NCBI GenBank assembly: GCA_043800755.1
Contig: JAZDMQ010000037.1
Coordinates: 1 to 29,765, forward strand
Reading direction: 5' to 3'
DNA length: 29,765 nucleotides
Origin: a bacterium
GTDB taxonomy: Bacteria > Methylomirabilota > Methylomirabilia > CAVQYV01
Numbering within the stretch: position 1 is the first letter of the stretch; the number at the start of each line of letters is the position of its first letter. A model generated the notes under the pieces. The model saw nothing but the letters and a program-made list of their open reading frames with translations. It was not told the origin of the DNA and ran no database searches. The translations under genes were made by a program, and so were the position numbers. Below are positions 9,029-16,909 of the stretch, piece after piece.

Positions 9029-9056
9029 GGCCTTAGCGCATCCAATGACCACCCCT

Positions 9057-10304
9057 CTACTGGGGGGGGAGGACGACGCGGAAACCGGTGCAGACATTCG
9101 TGTGATTGGTCCCCGGGCCTACCCTGATATTCGGATAGGCGCGCCGGGCGTGCCAGGTACCGTCTTCCCAGGAGCCGCCGCGGACCACCATCCAGTAAGT
9201 GCTCTTGCACCACTCATAGACATTGCCGTGCATGTCATAAAGACCCCAGGCGTTGGGTCGCTTCTGGCCGACCGGATGGGTCTTTCCTCCAGAGTTATCA
9301 CTGTACCAGGCATATTCTCCCAGTCTGCCCGGATCATCGCCGAAAGAATAGGTGCCTCCGCTCCCGGCCCGGCAGGCATACTCCCATTCGGCCTCGGTGG
9401 GCAGGCGGTATCCGGTCGTCCCTGACCTCTGGTTGAGTCGGCGGAGGAACTCCTGGGCATCGTTCCAGTAAACCCCCTCCACCGGACAATCGTCGCAATT
9501 TTGGTGCTTGGAAGGATTGTTCGTCATGATCGCCCGCCACTGGGCCTGGGTGACCTCGTATTTGCCCAGATAGAGCGGGTGGGTGATCACTACCTCACGT
9601 TGCGGGTCCTCGCCGGAGTCCCTCCCCGTTTCGGAGGGAGGGCTTCCCATCAGGAAGCGGCCAGCCGGAATCAGGACGAACTCCATGCCGGTGGTCGGGT
9701 CGCGGTAGGTCTTGCTGGTAGGTGTAGGAGTAGCCGCAGGGGAAGTGCCAGTGCCCGAGGTAGTAACTGCAGCCTCTGACTCTGCCATCCCCATCAGCCT
9801 TCGCGCGGCGCGCTTGGTGGAGGCGATCAGATCGTCCGCCTCGCACTTGCACATCTCCTCTTCCACCGCCTCGGTCTCCCCGGTCTCCACATTGACCTGG
9901 GAGAGGGAGAGGTAGTACGTCTTGCCCACCAGACCCAGGGAGCCGATGATGACCTTTCCCGCTCCCAGGAGCTGCCCGGCCTCCACCGCGCACTCCTTGG
10001 CCACGCAGCCGGTCATCTGGAAGGCCTGCTCCTTGAGGATCTTGTCCATCTGGCCCCGCTCCATCACCTTGTACTTGCCCGATTTGACCACCTCGCGCCG
10101 GACGCTGTCGGAAAGGGGCCGGGACAGGCTCTGCTCGATCTGCCCGACAACCTCCAGATCGAAGACTGCAAGGTAATCGGCAATGCGCACAGTGCTGGCT
10201 GGCTTTTCCGCGGCGAAGGAAGGACTGACCAGCAGAAGAAGGAGAGACAGTATGGCGGTCAAACAGCAGCACATGGCGACCCCCCAGATTGCCCAGGCTT
10301 TCAA
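9057..10304 (-). CDS. Secreted protein: CsgG/FlgO-like domain, Thr/Pro linker, FGE/SUMF1 (C-type lectin fold) domain
   Basis: Signal peptide (SFA-AE); ERGQMDKILKEQ; EVTQAQW, RLPTEAEWEYACR, GLYDMHGNVYEW, RGGSW and GFR motifs. Confidence 0.85.
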   Translation of the reverse strand: MKAWAIWGVAMCCCLTAILSLLLLLVSPSFAAEKPASTVRIADYLAVFDLEVVGQIEQSLSRPLSDSVRREVVKSGKYKVMERGQMDKILKEQAFQMTGCVAKECAVEAGQLLGAGKVIIGSLGLVGKTYYLSLSQVNVETGETEAVEEEMCKCEADDLIASTKRAARRLMGMAESEAAVTTSGTGTSPAATPTPTSKTYRDPTTGMEFVLIPAGRFLMGSPPSETGRDSGEDPQREVVITHPLYLGKYEVTQAQWRAIMTNNPSKHQNCDDCPVEGVYWNDAQEFLRRLNQRSGTTGYRLPTEAEWEYACRAGSGGTYSFGDDPGRLGEYAWYSDNSGGKTHPVGQKRPNAWGLYDMHGNVYEWCKSTYWMVVRGGSWEDGTWHARRAYPNIRVGPGTNHTNVCTGFRVVLPPQ

Positions 10305-10337
10305 TGCTAAACTATGCCTCCAACCCGTATCTGCGTC

Positions 10338-10596
10338 CTACCGGCGATAGATCTCTCTCCGATGGGCAATGGAAAAAACATCTACTTTATCTTGTCGGAT
10401 CGTTGACCTCATAGAGAATCCGGTAATCGCCGACTCTCAATCTGTAGGCTTCTCGGCCATGAAGCTTCTTCGCATCTGTGGGACGTGGCTCTCCTTTCGG
10501 CGAAATCAGGCGCTTGATGACTCTCACCTGAATCTTGGCGGGAAGATCCTCCAATTCCCTCTCCGTGGACCTCTTCAGAGAAACGACATAAGCCAT
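10338..10596 (-). pseudogene. relE: RelE/ParE-family toxin with a one-base frameshift near the C terminus
   Basis: YRLRVGDYRILYEV, then a stop at 10387; the canonical tail KVDVFSIAHRREIYRR* continues in another frame to 10338. Confidence 0.8.
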
Positions 10597-10811
10597 CAGC
10601 CCCTCTTCTTTTCCCTGTCTGCAAGGTACTCGTTCAAACTGCGCGACGGCTCTTCTCGCCGCTGTTCGAGGACGACGGCGTGGATCAGGTCTTCCACGAA
10701 TTCCTTATCCTGGAGCAGCTTCTCAACAACAGCTTGCCTTTGTTTCTTGGGCAGTGCCCTGAAAGCCGTCCAGAAAACCTCTGATGTGGCTTCCGCACCG
10801 GTCGTCATCAA
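10596..10811 (-). CDS. Putative type II antitoxin
   Basis: 71 aa, directly upstream of the toxin with a TGATG stop/start overlap; AGGAGG RBS. Confidence 0.75.
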   Translation of the reverse strand: MMTTGAEATSEVFWTAFRALPKKQRQAVVEKLLQDKEFVEDLIHAVVLEQRREEPSRSLNEYLADREKKRG

Positions 10812-10859
10812 AACCTCCTGTGTGACTCTTGGACGAAATGGAAAGAAAGGGTTTAAGAC

Positions 10860-10888
10860 GATTTACTCCCTCGGCTCATTCTTGTCAA
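10860..10888 (-). promoter_or_regulatory. Candidate promoter for the TA operon (TTGACAA-N11-GGGAGTAAA type)
   Basis: TTGACA-17 nt-TAAATC. Confidence 0.55.
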
Positions 10889-10957
10889 TGCACCCTCTGG
10901 CTGGCGCGTCTTGGCCCTCGCTCCCTCCCGCCTCCCGCCTTTTCCCCCGATTCTCCG

Positions 10958-11138
10958 CCTTTCCGGGCCGGCCTCCCCTTCGCTCCCGCGTGCATTCCCT
11001 CGTCGAGCTCGGCAGGCCGAGAACTCGCCCTCCTCCAAGAACCCATCGGAGGGCTCAGACACCTCGGCCTGACTACTCCGAGCTCTCCTCGCTCATAAGC
11101 GCACAAGGTCGCTCAGGCGGTGGCCGGCCCGGCGAAGG
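10958..11138. repeat. Nested inverted repeats forming a ~180-nt rod-like hairpin
   Basis: Pairs 10963-10973/11122-11132, 11005-11012/11078-11085, 11013-11021/11063-11071 and 11027-11033/11048-11054. Confidence 0.7.
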
Positions 11139-11209
11139 AAGTGCTCCAGTACGAGGCTATCTTCATCCTGGAACACTCCTGATCCCTTGACCCCCTCACG
11201 CCTCCCGTC

Positions 11210-12454
11210 TCATAGTCCCTTGACAAACTCGATGCTCTTCGCCAAAGCCTCCGGCTTGCCGAAGCCGCCGGCCTTGGTCACCACCCCCAGTCCCTCCTGG
11301 CTCCCCCCCACGATACGGCCAAAGGGGATGGCGGGCAGGACCTGGGCCTCCAGGCGCAGGCCGTGGGCCGCAAAGGCGGAGAGGATGGCGGAGGCGGTCT
11401 CGCCCCCGGTCAGGACCAGCCCCCGCAACTCCACCTGGGCCATCACCGCCTGGGTCAGCTCGCTCAGGAACTGGTTGATCTGATCGGTCTTGGCCGCCTC
11501 CAGGGATACGGGCTGGGTCTGGCCGGATTGGGTCCAGACAACCACGCCTTGTCCTTGTCTCAAAGCCGCCGCGGCCTCGTCGGCGATCCGCTGAATCCTC
11601 CCACCCCTCCCCTCTTGGTCGGACCAGAAGCCATCCGGGAGGCTGACCAGATGCGCCCCTCTCTCCACCGCATACCGAACCTGCTCGGAGGTGACCTGGC
11701 TCAAAGAGCCGGCGATCACCAGGCAGCCTCCCCTTTCCCTCACCCTTTGAGCTAGGCCAGCCCCCACCTTCTCGGCCAGGCCGGCGGATCCGACAAAGAG
11801 GGGACGCCTCTCCATCCTCAAGCCTGCCTCGGCGATCGCCTCCAGATCGGAGGCGGAAGAACAATCGAAAGCAAAGACCCGGATCCCCTGGTCCAGGTGG
11901 GCCTCGACCGCAGAAAGGACCGACCCCCAACCCTGGGAGATGACCTCCAGGCCAATGTGGGCGGTGGGCATTCTCGACTGGCTCTGCATCCAGGACCGGA
12001 GGTCAGAGGTGGTGATGGGAAAACGCGGGTCCTTAGAAAATTCAGTCTGGGCGATGGGCTGGGAATTCACCAGATAGGTGCCCTTCAGGGTCTGGCGTCC
12101 CTGGCCAGGATAGGCCGGGGCGAAGAAGGCACAAGGGAATCTTAGCCTCTCTAAGATGAGGTCGATCTCCTGGCCGATGTGTCCCCGCAGGGTAGAATCC
12201 ACCTTTTTGTAGATCGTGGCCTGGGGGGCCTTCTCGGAGATGACCTGGAAAACCTCCTCCATGCGGGGAAGGACCAGGTGGGCCGGGAGCCTGCGGGTGT
12301 CGGTATCCACACAGGTGGCATCGAAACGCAGGAAGGCGGAATCGAAGCTGGAAAGGTCGGTGAGCACGATGGTCTCGAAACCCTGCTGGCGGAATTGGAT
12401 ACCGGTGTCGTTGGCCCCGGTCAGATCATCGGCGATGATGAGGGATTTGTTCAT
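11210..12454 (-). CDS. Four-carbon acid sugar kinase family protein (DUF1537/YgbK)
   Basis: IIADDLTGANDTG, YKKVDSTLRG, LTGGETA and TKAGGFG motifs; start reassigned to ATG 12454. Confidence 0.9.
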   Translation of the reverse strand: MNKSLIIADDLTGANDTGIQFRQQGFETIVLTDLSSFDSAFLRFDATCVDTDTRRLPAHLVLPRMEEVFQVISEKAPQATIYKKVDSTLRGHIGQEIDLILERLRFPCAFFAPAYPGQGRQTLKGTYLVNSQPIAQTEFSKDPRFPITTSDLRSWMQSQSRMPTAHIGLEVISQGWGSVLSAVEAHLDQGIRVFAFDCSSASDLEAIAEAGLRMERRPLFVGSAGLAEKVGAGLAQRVRERGGCLVIAGSLSQVTSEQVRYAVERGAHLVSLPDGFWSDQEGRGGRIQRIADEAAAALRQGQGVVVWTQSGQTQPVSLEAAKTDQINQFLSELTQAVMAQVELRGLVLTGGETASAILSAFAAHGLRLEAQVLPAIPFGRIVGGSQEGLGVVTKAGGFGKPEALAKSIEFVKGL

Positions 12455-12486
12455 TCCTTGGCCATCCTCTCTATCTCCTCCCTTGC

Positions 12487-13473
12487 CTATTTCCAGAGCA
12501 CCTGGGGATTGACCAGGTTCTTGGGCCTCTTCCCCTGCAGGGCCCGGACCACATCGGCCATGGCGTTCTGCACCACGGCTCCCACCGCCCTCTCCGTATA
12601 CCAGGAGGCATGGGGGGTCAGGATGAGGTTGGGGGCCTGCATCAGAGGGCTGGTGGTAGGAAGCGGCTCTTCCACCATGACATCCAGCGCCGCTCCGGCG
12701 ATCCATCCCTCATGAAGGGCCTTCAGCAGGGCTTCTTCATTCACCACTGGACCCCGGGAGGTATTGACAAAATAAGCGGTCGGCTTCATCTGGCGGAACT
12801 CGGCCTCTCCGATCATCCCTTTCGTCTCCCGACTGAAGGGGGCGTGGATCGAGACGAAGTCGGATTCGGCCATCAGGACATCCAGGTCCAGCCGCCTCTC
12901 CACATCCCACTTGGCGAAGATATCATCGTAGAGATACGGATCGTAAGCAATCACCTTGAGCCCCAGGCCTTGGGCCTTGGGGGCCAGGCAGCGAGGAATC
13001 TTGCCGAAGGCGACCAGGCCCAGGGTCTTGCCCCGGATCTCGTGTATGGGCCTCACATGCCGGAATCCCCACTTTCCCTTGCGCATATTCTCATCGAAGG
13101 TCTTCACCTTGCGAACCGCACAGAGAAGCAGCGTCAGGGCGTGATCGGAGACTTCATCTTGACAGTAGTCCGCCACATTGCAGACCATAATTCCCTTTTC
13201 TGTGGCCGCCTCCACATCCACCTCGTCATAGCCGATCCCCATGCGGGTGATCAGCTTGCAGCGCTCGAAGGACTCGATCGCCCGTCTCTGCACCTTGGGC
13301 AGGATGTTCAGCACCACATCCGCATCCTTAGCCGCGGCGATGATATCCTCATCGGTCTTCACCGCCACATCGATGATTTCCCCCCCGATCCCCGCGACGG
13401 CCTCCTGCATCGGCTGGATGGAGGGGAAATAACCTTTGTCGAGAAAGACGATCTTGAATTTTGGCTTCGCCAT
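12487..13473 (-). CDS. D-isomer-specific 2-hydroxyacid dehydrogenase (CtBP-like)
   Basis: GIGYD.VD, NVADYC..EVSDHA, NTSRG, ALDV..EP and TPH motifs. Confidence 0.9.
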   Translation of the reverse strand: MAKPKFKIVFLDKGYFPSIQPMQEAVAGIGGEIIDVAVKTDEDIIAAAKDADVVLNILPKVQRRAIESFERCKLITRMGIGYDEVDVEAATEKGIMVCNVADYCQDEVSDHALTLLLCAVRKVKTFDENMRKGKWGFRHVRPIHEIRGKTLGLVAFGKIPRCLAPKAQGLGLKVIAYDPYLYDDIFAKWDVERRLDLDVLMAESDFVSIHAPFSRETKGMIGEAEFRQMKPTAYFVNTSRGPVVNEEALLKALHEGWIAGAALDVMVEEPLPTTSPLMQAPNLILTPHASWYTERAVGAVVQNAMADVVRALQGKRPKNLVNPQVLWK

Positions 13474-13503
13474 GATGACTCCTTTCTATGCTCTGTCTAT
13501 TGA

Positions 13504-14475
13504 TTATGCTTGCGGCTGATCGGCTTGGCGCAGGATCTTGCGAACCACATAGATCGGCTTCGCCTGCGACTCATGGTAAATCCGGACCATCAACTCTCCC
13601 AGGAGGCCCATGGCCACCAGTTGCACCCCTAAGATGATGAGCAGGGCCCCTAACAGGAGCAGGGGACGCCTCCCGATGTCCTTGCCCAGAAAAAGCTTGA
13701 TGAAGGTAAGATAAAGGGAGATACCGATGCCCCCCAGGATGGATAGGGATCCTAATTGCCCGAAAAATTGAATGGGCTTGGTGGAGAAGCTGATCAGAAA
13801 CTTGACCGCGATGAGATCGAGGATCACCCGGATGATCCGCGATATCCCATATTTGGAGCGGCCAAACCGACGGGCCCGATGGTGGGTCGGCACCTCGACG
13901 ATGGAGGTGCCCATCCAGCTGGCGATCGCTGGGATGAAGCGGTGCATCTCCCCATAAAGCCGAATCCCCTGGACCACCTCCCGGCGATAGGCCTTCAGCG
14001 TGCAGCCGTAATCGTGGAGGTGCACCCCGGTGACCTTGGAGATGATCCAGTTGGCCACCATGGAGGGAAACCGCCGGGAAAGGAAGGGATCCTGGCGGTT
14101 CACGCGCCAGCCGCTGACCACATCATACTCCTTGCTCTTCTCCAAGAGCTCCGGGATATCGGCCGGATCATTCTGCAGATCCCCATCCAGGGTAACGATC
14201 ACCTTGCCCCGTGCCTGATCGAAGCCCGCGGACAGGGCGGCGGTCTGGCCGAAATTCCTCCTCAGGGAGATCACCACCACCCGTGCATCCTTCGCCTGCA
14301 ACCCCTCCAAGAGGGAGAGCGTCCGATCCCGGCTGCCGTCGTCCACGAAGATGATCTCATATTCCTGGGCGAGGGAATCCAATGATTCCTTGAGCTCAGA
14401 GTAGAGCACCGGCACGCTCTCCTCTTCGTTGAACACCGGAATCACCACTGAGACCGCGATCGGCTGTTTATCCAT
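13504..14475 (-). CDS. GT2 polyprenyl-phosphate glycosyltransferase (ArnC/RgtE/GtrB-like)
   Basis: SVVIPVFNEEE, VDDGSRD, RNFGQ and DGDLQNDP motifs, two C-terminal TMs; start reassigned to ATG 14475. Confidence 0.9.
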   Translation of the reverse strand: MDKQPIAVSVVIPVFNEEESVPVLYSELKESLDSLAQEYEIIFVDDGSRDRTLSLLEGLQAKDARVVVISLRRNFGQTAALSAGFDQARGKVIVTLDGDLQNDPADIPELLEKSKEYDVVSGWRVNRQDPFLSRRFPSMVANWIISKVTGVHLHDYGCTLKAYRREVVQGIRLYGEMHRFIPAIASWMGTSIVEVPTHHRARRFGRSKYGISRIIRVILDLIAVKFLISFSTKPIQFFGQLGSLSILGGIGISLYLTFIKLFLGKDIGRRPLLLLGALLIILGVQLVAMGLLGELMVRIYHESQAKPIYVVRKILRQADQPQA

Positions 14476-14495
14476 TATGCCTGCTCCTTGCTCTA

Positions 14496-16043
14496 TCAAT
14501 AGGTCCCCTTCGGCCTGGCGATCTCGATGCCGCGATAGCCGGAACAACGAAAGATCGTGAATCTGCGGACCCTATGGTCCCCGCGATAGATGGCCACCGG
14601 CGGATCCTTCCTCACGCTGAGGAAGGCCCTCCGCACCTCCGGTTCGGCCTCACGATTTCCCTGTTTCACATAGATGGCATCGTATCCCTTCAGCGGTAAA
14701 ATCCCTGGCCAGAGGTCGTACTGATTGAACCTCCGGCCGAGATTGACACAATAGGTGGTTGGCCTCCCTCGCACATAGAAGGCCAATTCGCTCGCAACCT
14801 GATAGCGATCAGAGAAGATAAAGGTCTTGTTGGAGGCGGCCATCTCCTCCAGGGTCCCGCTCACCCGCTCCCCCAATTCCGCCCATCCCTGGAGTCGCAG
14901 GGTAGGATCCCAACGTGGCGGCAAGCCAGCCCGACGAAGGAGTTGGCTATTATAGGCCAAGGCCGTGGGGATGGCGGCCAGCAACAGGGCAATGACGAAG
15001 AGCGCCTTCAGACCCTTCCCTCTCCCTTTGGCCTTCAAGGCTTGATAACGGCTGTCGAAGACGGCGGCGGTGCCAATGCAGCCGGAAAAGTAGGCAGGCG
15101 CGGCCCAGTTGGCCTGGACTTTGGTCTGCAGGCTGAGCAGGAGGAAGAAGAGGAGGATGGGCACCGAGGTCAGGGACAGAAAGAGGTACTCCTCTTTGTG
15201 TTTGAAAAAGCCCAGGTAACTGGCCTGACAGAGGGCAAAGGCCAGTCCGAAAAAAAGGAGCGGGGTGAGGGTGGCGGCCTGCGATCCCAGGAATTCGAAG
15301 AGGCTGAGCAAGGAGAGGCTGAAGCCGTGCCCGCCGGCATGAGCCTGGCCCATCAGGTGTCGAAAAGATATCCATTGATGTCGGGCATTCCACAGGAAGA
15401 CCGGATAGCAGAGCACTGCCCCCAGGAGGAGCGCCAGATACGGCTCCCTTTTCTTGAGCCAGAAACGATACTTGGGGTGCCAAAGGAGAAAAGCCAAGGC
15501 GAGAGGCAGCCAGAGGACCATGGAGTACTTTGAGAGAAAGCCGAGGCCGAAGGCGATCCCGGCCGGGTACCAATAGAGCTTATTAAACCGGAGGGCGCGA
15601 TAGAAACAGGAGAGCGACAATCCCCAGAAGAGGAGAAAGGGGGGGTCAATGGTCATGAGGATCGAGCCCGCGGAAAAGAGGAGAGTAAGATTGGGCAAGA
15701 AGGCGGCAAAAAACCCAATCCGCTCGCTCTTGAACATGTCTTTGGCCAATCGATAAAGGACGATGCTGAGGAAGAACGATATGATCACTGCCCCCAGGCG
15801 GATGAAGAAAACAGATTCCTCCCCCAGAGAGGTCAGAAGGAAGATGAAGTAGGCAACCATCGGCCCCTTGCTATAGTAGGAGATATCCAGGTGTCTGGCC
15901 CACTCCCAGTAATGGGCCTCGTCTGGGGCCAGGTCCAGGGGGCCCCACTGGATATAGCACAGGCGGACCAGGGTAAGGAGAGAAAGCAATCCCCAAAATC
16001 CCCACTGAAAGCGCCTCCCCTTTGGCAGATAATATTCAAGCAT
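14496..16043 (-). CDS. ArnT/PMT-like (GT-C) glycosyltransferase, RgtA-D-like
   Basis: PDEAHYWEW..LDISYYSKGP, TIDPP and LSKY motifs, many TMs; ATG 16043 overlaps the PAP2 stop. Confidence 0.85.
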   Translation of the reverse strand: MLEYYLPKGRRFQWGFWGLLSLLTLVRLCYIQWGPLDLAPDEAHYWEWARHLDISYYSKGPMVAYFIFLLTSLGEESVFFIRLGAVIISFFLSIVLYRLAKDMFKSERIGFFAAFLPNLTLLFSAGSILMTIDPPFLLFWGLSLSCFYRALRFNKLYWYPAGIAFGLGFLSKYSMVLWLPLALAFLLWHPKYRFWLKKREPYLALLLGAVLCYPVFLWNARHQWISFRHLMGQAHAGGHGFSLSLLSLFEFLGSQAATLTPLLFFGLAFALCQASYLGFFKHKEEYLFLSLTSVPILLFFLLLSLQTKVQANWAAPAYFSGCIGTAAVFDSRYQALKAKGRGKGLKALFVIALLLAAIPTALAYNSQLLRRAGLPPRWDPTLRLQGWAELGERVSGTLEEMAASNKTFIFSDRYQVASELAFYVRGRPTTYCVNLGRRFNQYDLWPGILPLKGYDAIYVKQGNREAEPEVRRAFLSVRKDPPVAIYRGDHRVRRFTIFRCSGYRGIEIARPKGTY

Positions 16044-16590
16044 GATCCGAGCTTGCCACCCTCCACCGCCGATCCAGCCAGGTGAAGATCGCCTGTTGCA
16101 GAAAAATGAAAAGGGGCGCACAGCAGAACCCCACCATCGCCCCCCCGGCCACATCCGAGGGGTAATGAACCCCCAAATAGATCCGGGAGAATCCCACGGT
16201 CAGGGAAACTACCAATGCGGGCAGGAACAGCCATCGATAGAAGTAGGCAATGAAGGCCGCGGCTGCGAAGACATTGGTGGCATGATTGGAAGGGAAGGAG
16301 TAGGAACGGGAGCAACCCGCCAGGAGATGCACCCCGGGGAGGGCATGACAGGGCCTCGGCCTCTTCACCAGGAGCTTGAGCAGGTAGCTCATCTGATCGC
16401 TGAAGAGAAGGAGAAACAGGCCCAGCAGGGCAACCATCCTCCCTTTCCGCTTACCCCAAATCATGAGGCCGCACCAGAGCACGGCCAGGGGCAAACGAAA
16501 ATAGGACTCATTGGATATAATGGGCATCAGGAAATCAAAGAACCGATTCTGCCAGCCTTTATTAATCAAATAGAATAAAGAGATGTCCAT
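16036..16590 (-). CDS. PAP2-family membrane phosphatase (LpxE/BcrC-like)
   Basis: K....RPRP, SFPSNH and SRIYLGVHYPSDV motifs; start uncertain between 16590 and 16653. Confidence 0.9.
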   Translation of the reverse strand: MDISLFYLINKGWQNRFFDFLMPIISNESYFRLPLAVLWCGLMIWGKRKGRMVALLGLFLLLFSDQMSYLLKLLVKRPRPCHALPGVHLLAGCSRSYSFPSNHATNVFAAAAFIAYFYRWLFLPALVVSLTVGFSRIYLGVHYPSDVAGGAMVGFCCAPLFIFLQQAIFTWLDRRWRVASSDHA

Positions 16591-16909
16591 AAAAATAGGG
16601 AGGCTGCCCGGAATGGCCTCCGGTAGAAGGCTTTTGTGTGACCTTAATCGCAAGCAGGCAGGCGAGCAGGAAAGAAATCAGGTTTCCGCGGCCAGCAAGA
16701 GGTTCTTCGAAAAATCATATATGATAAATTTGATGACTGTCAAGGAAAATGCCAGGGCGGGATGCCAGGACGGGACAACCCCCGGGTGTGGCTTAAGGAG
16801 GCCCTGGTGCCCCAGAAAAAGGCCTTGACTTTTTGGCCAGGGTGCCAAATAATCCACGAACGCTATTCGCAGAAGCAGATTCATCACTCATTCCGCAGGA
16901 GGTAGCCTG

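Noticed and set aside
8940..9056. TPP riboswitch upstream of thiM
   Set aside because: Core CTGAGA and ACCTGA motifs are absent and the leader is too short
10958..11138. Firm call of 6S, SRP, RNase P or tmRNA
   Set aside because: Diagnostic motifs (SRP CAGG..GGAA..AGCAG, RNase P GAGGAAAGUCC, tmRNA tRNA-like ends) and usual gene context are missing
10369..11190. 273-aa plus-strand ORF
   Set aside because: Antisense shadow of the TA genes and the hairpin; low-complexity translation with no recognisable motif
9057..11210. Complete diversity-generating retroelement
   Set aside because: No reverse transcriptase, Avd-like gene or template repeat matching the FGE C terminus is visible in the window
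12455..12706. N-terminal extensions of track ORFs (kinase; likewise tig, clpP, GT2, ArnT, amidase, DUF4416)
   Set aside because: They overlap neighbouring genes, tRNAs or promoters, and downstream starts match family N termini better
435..13503. Long antisense ORFs such as 435-1280 and 12610-13503
   Set aside because: They mirror well-supported genes on the other strand, as expected from high-GC codon bias
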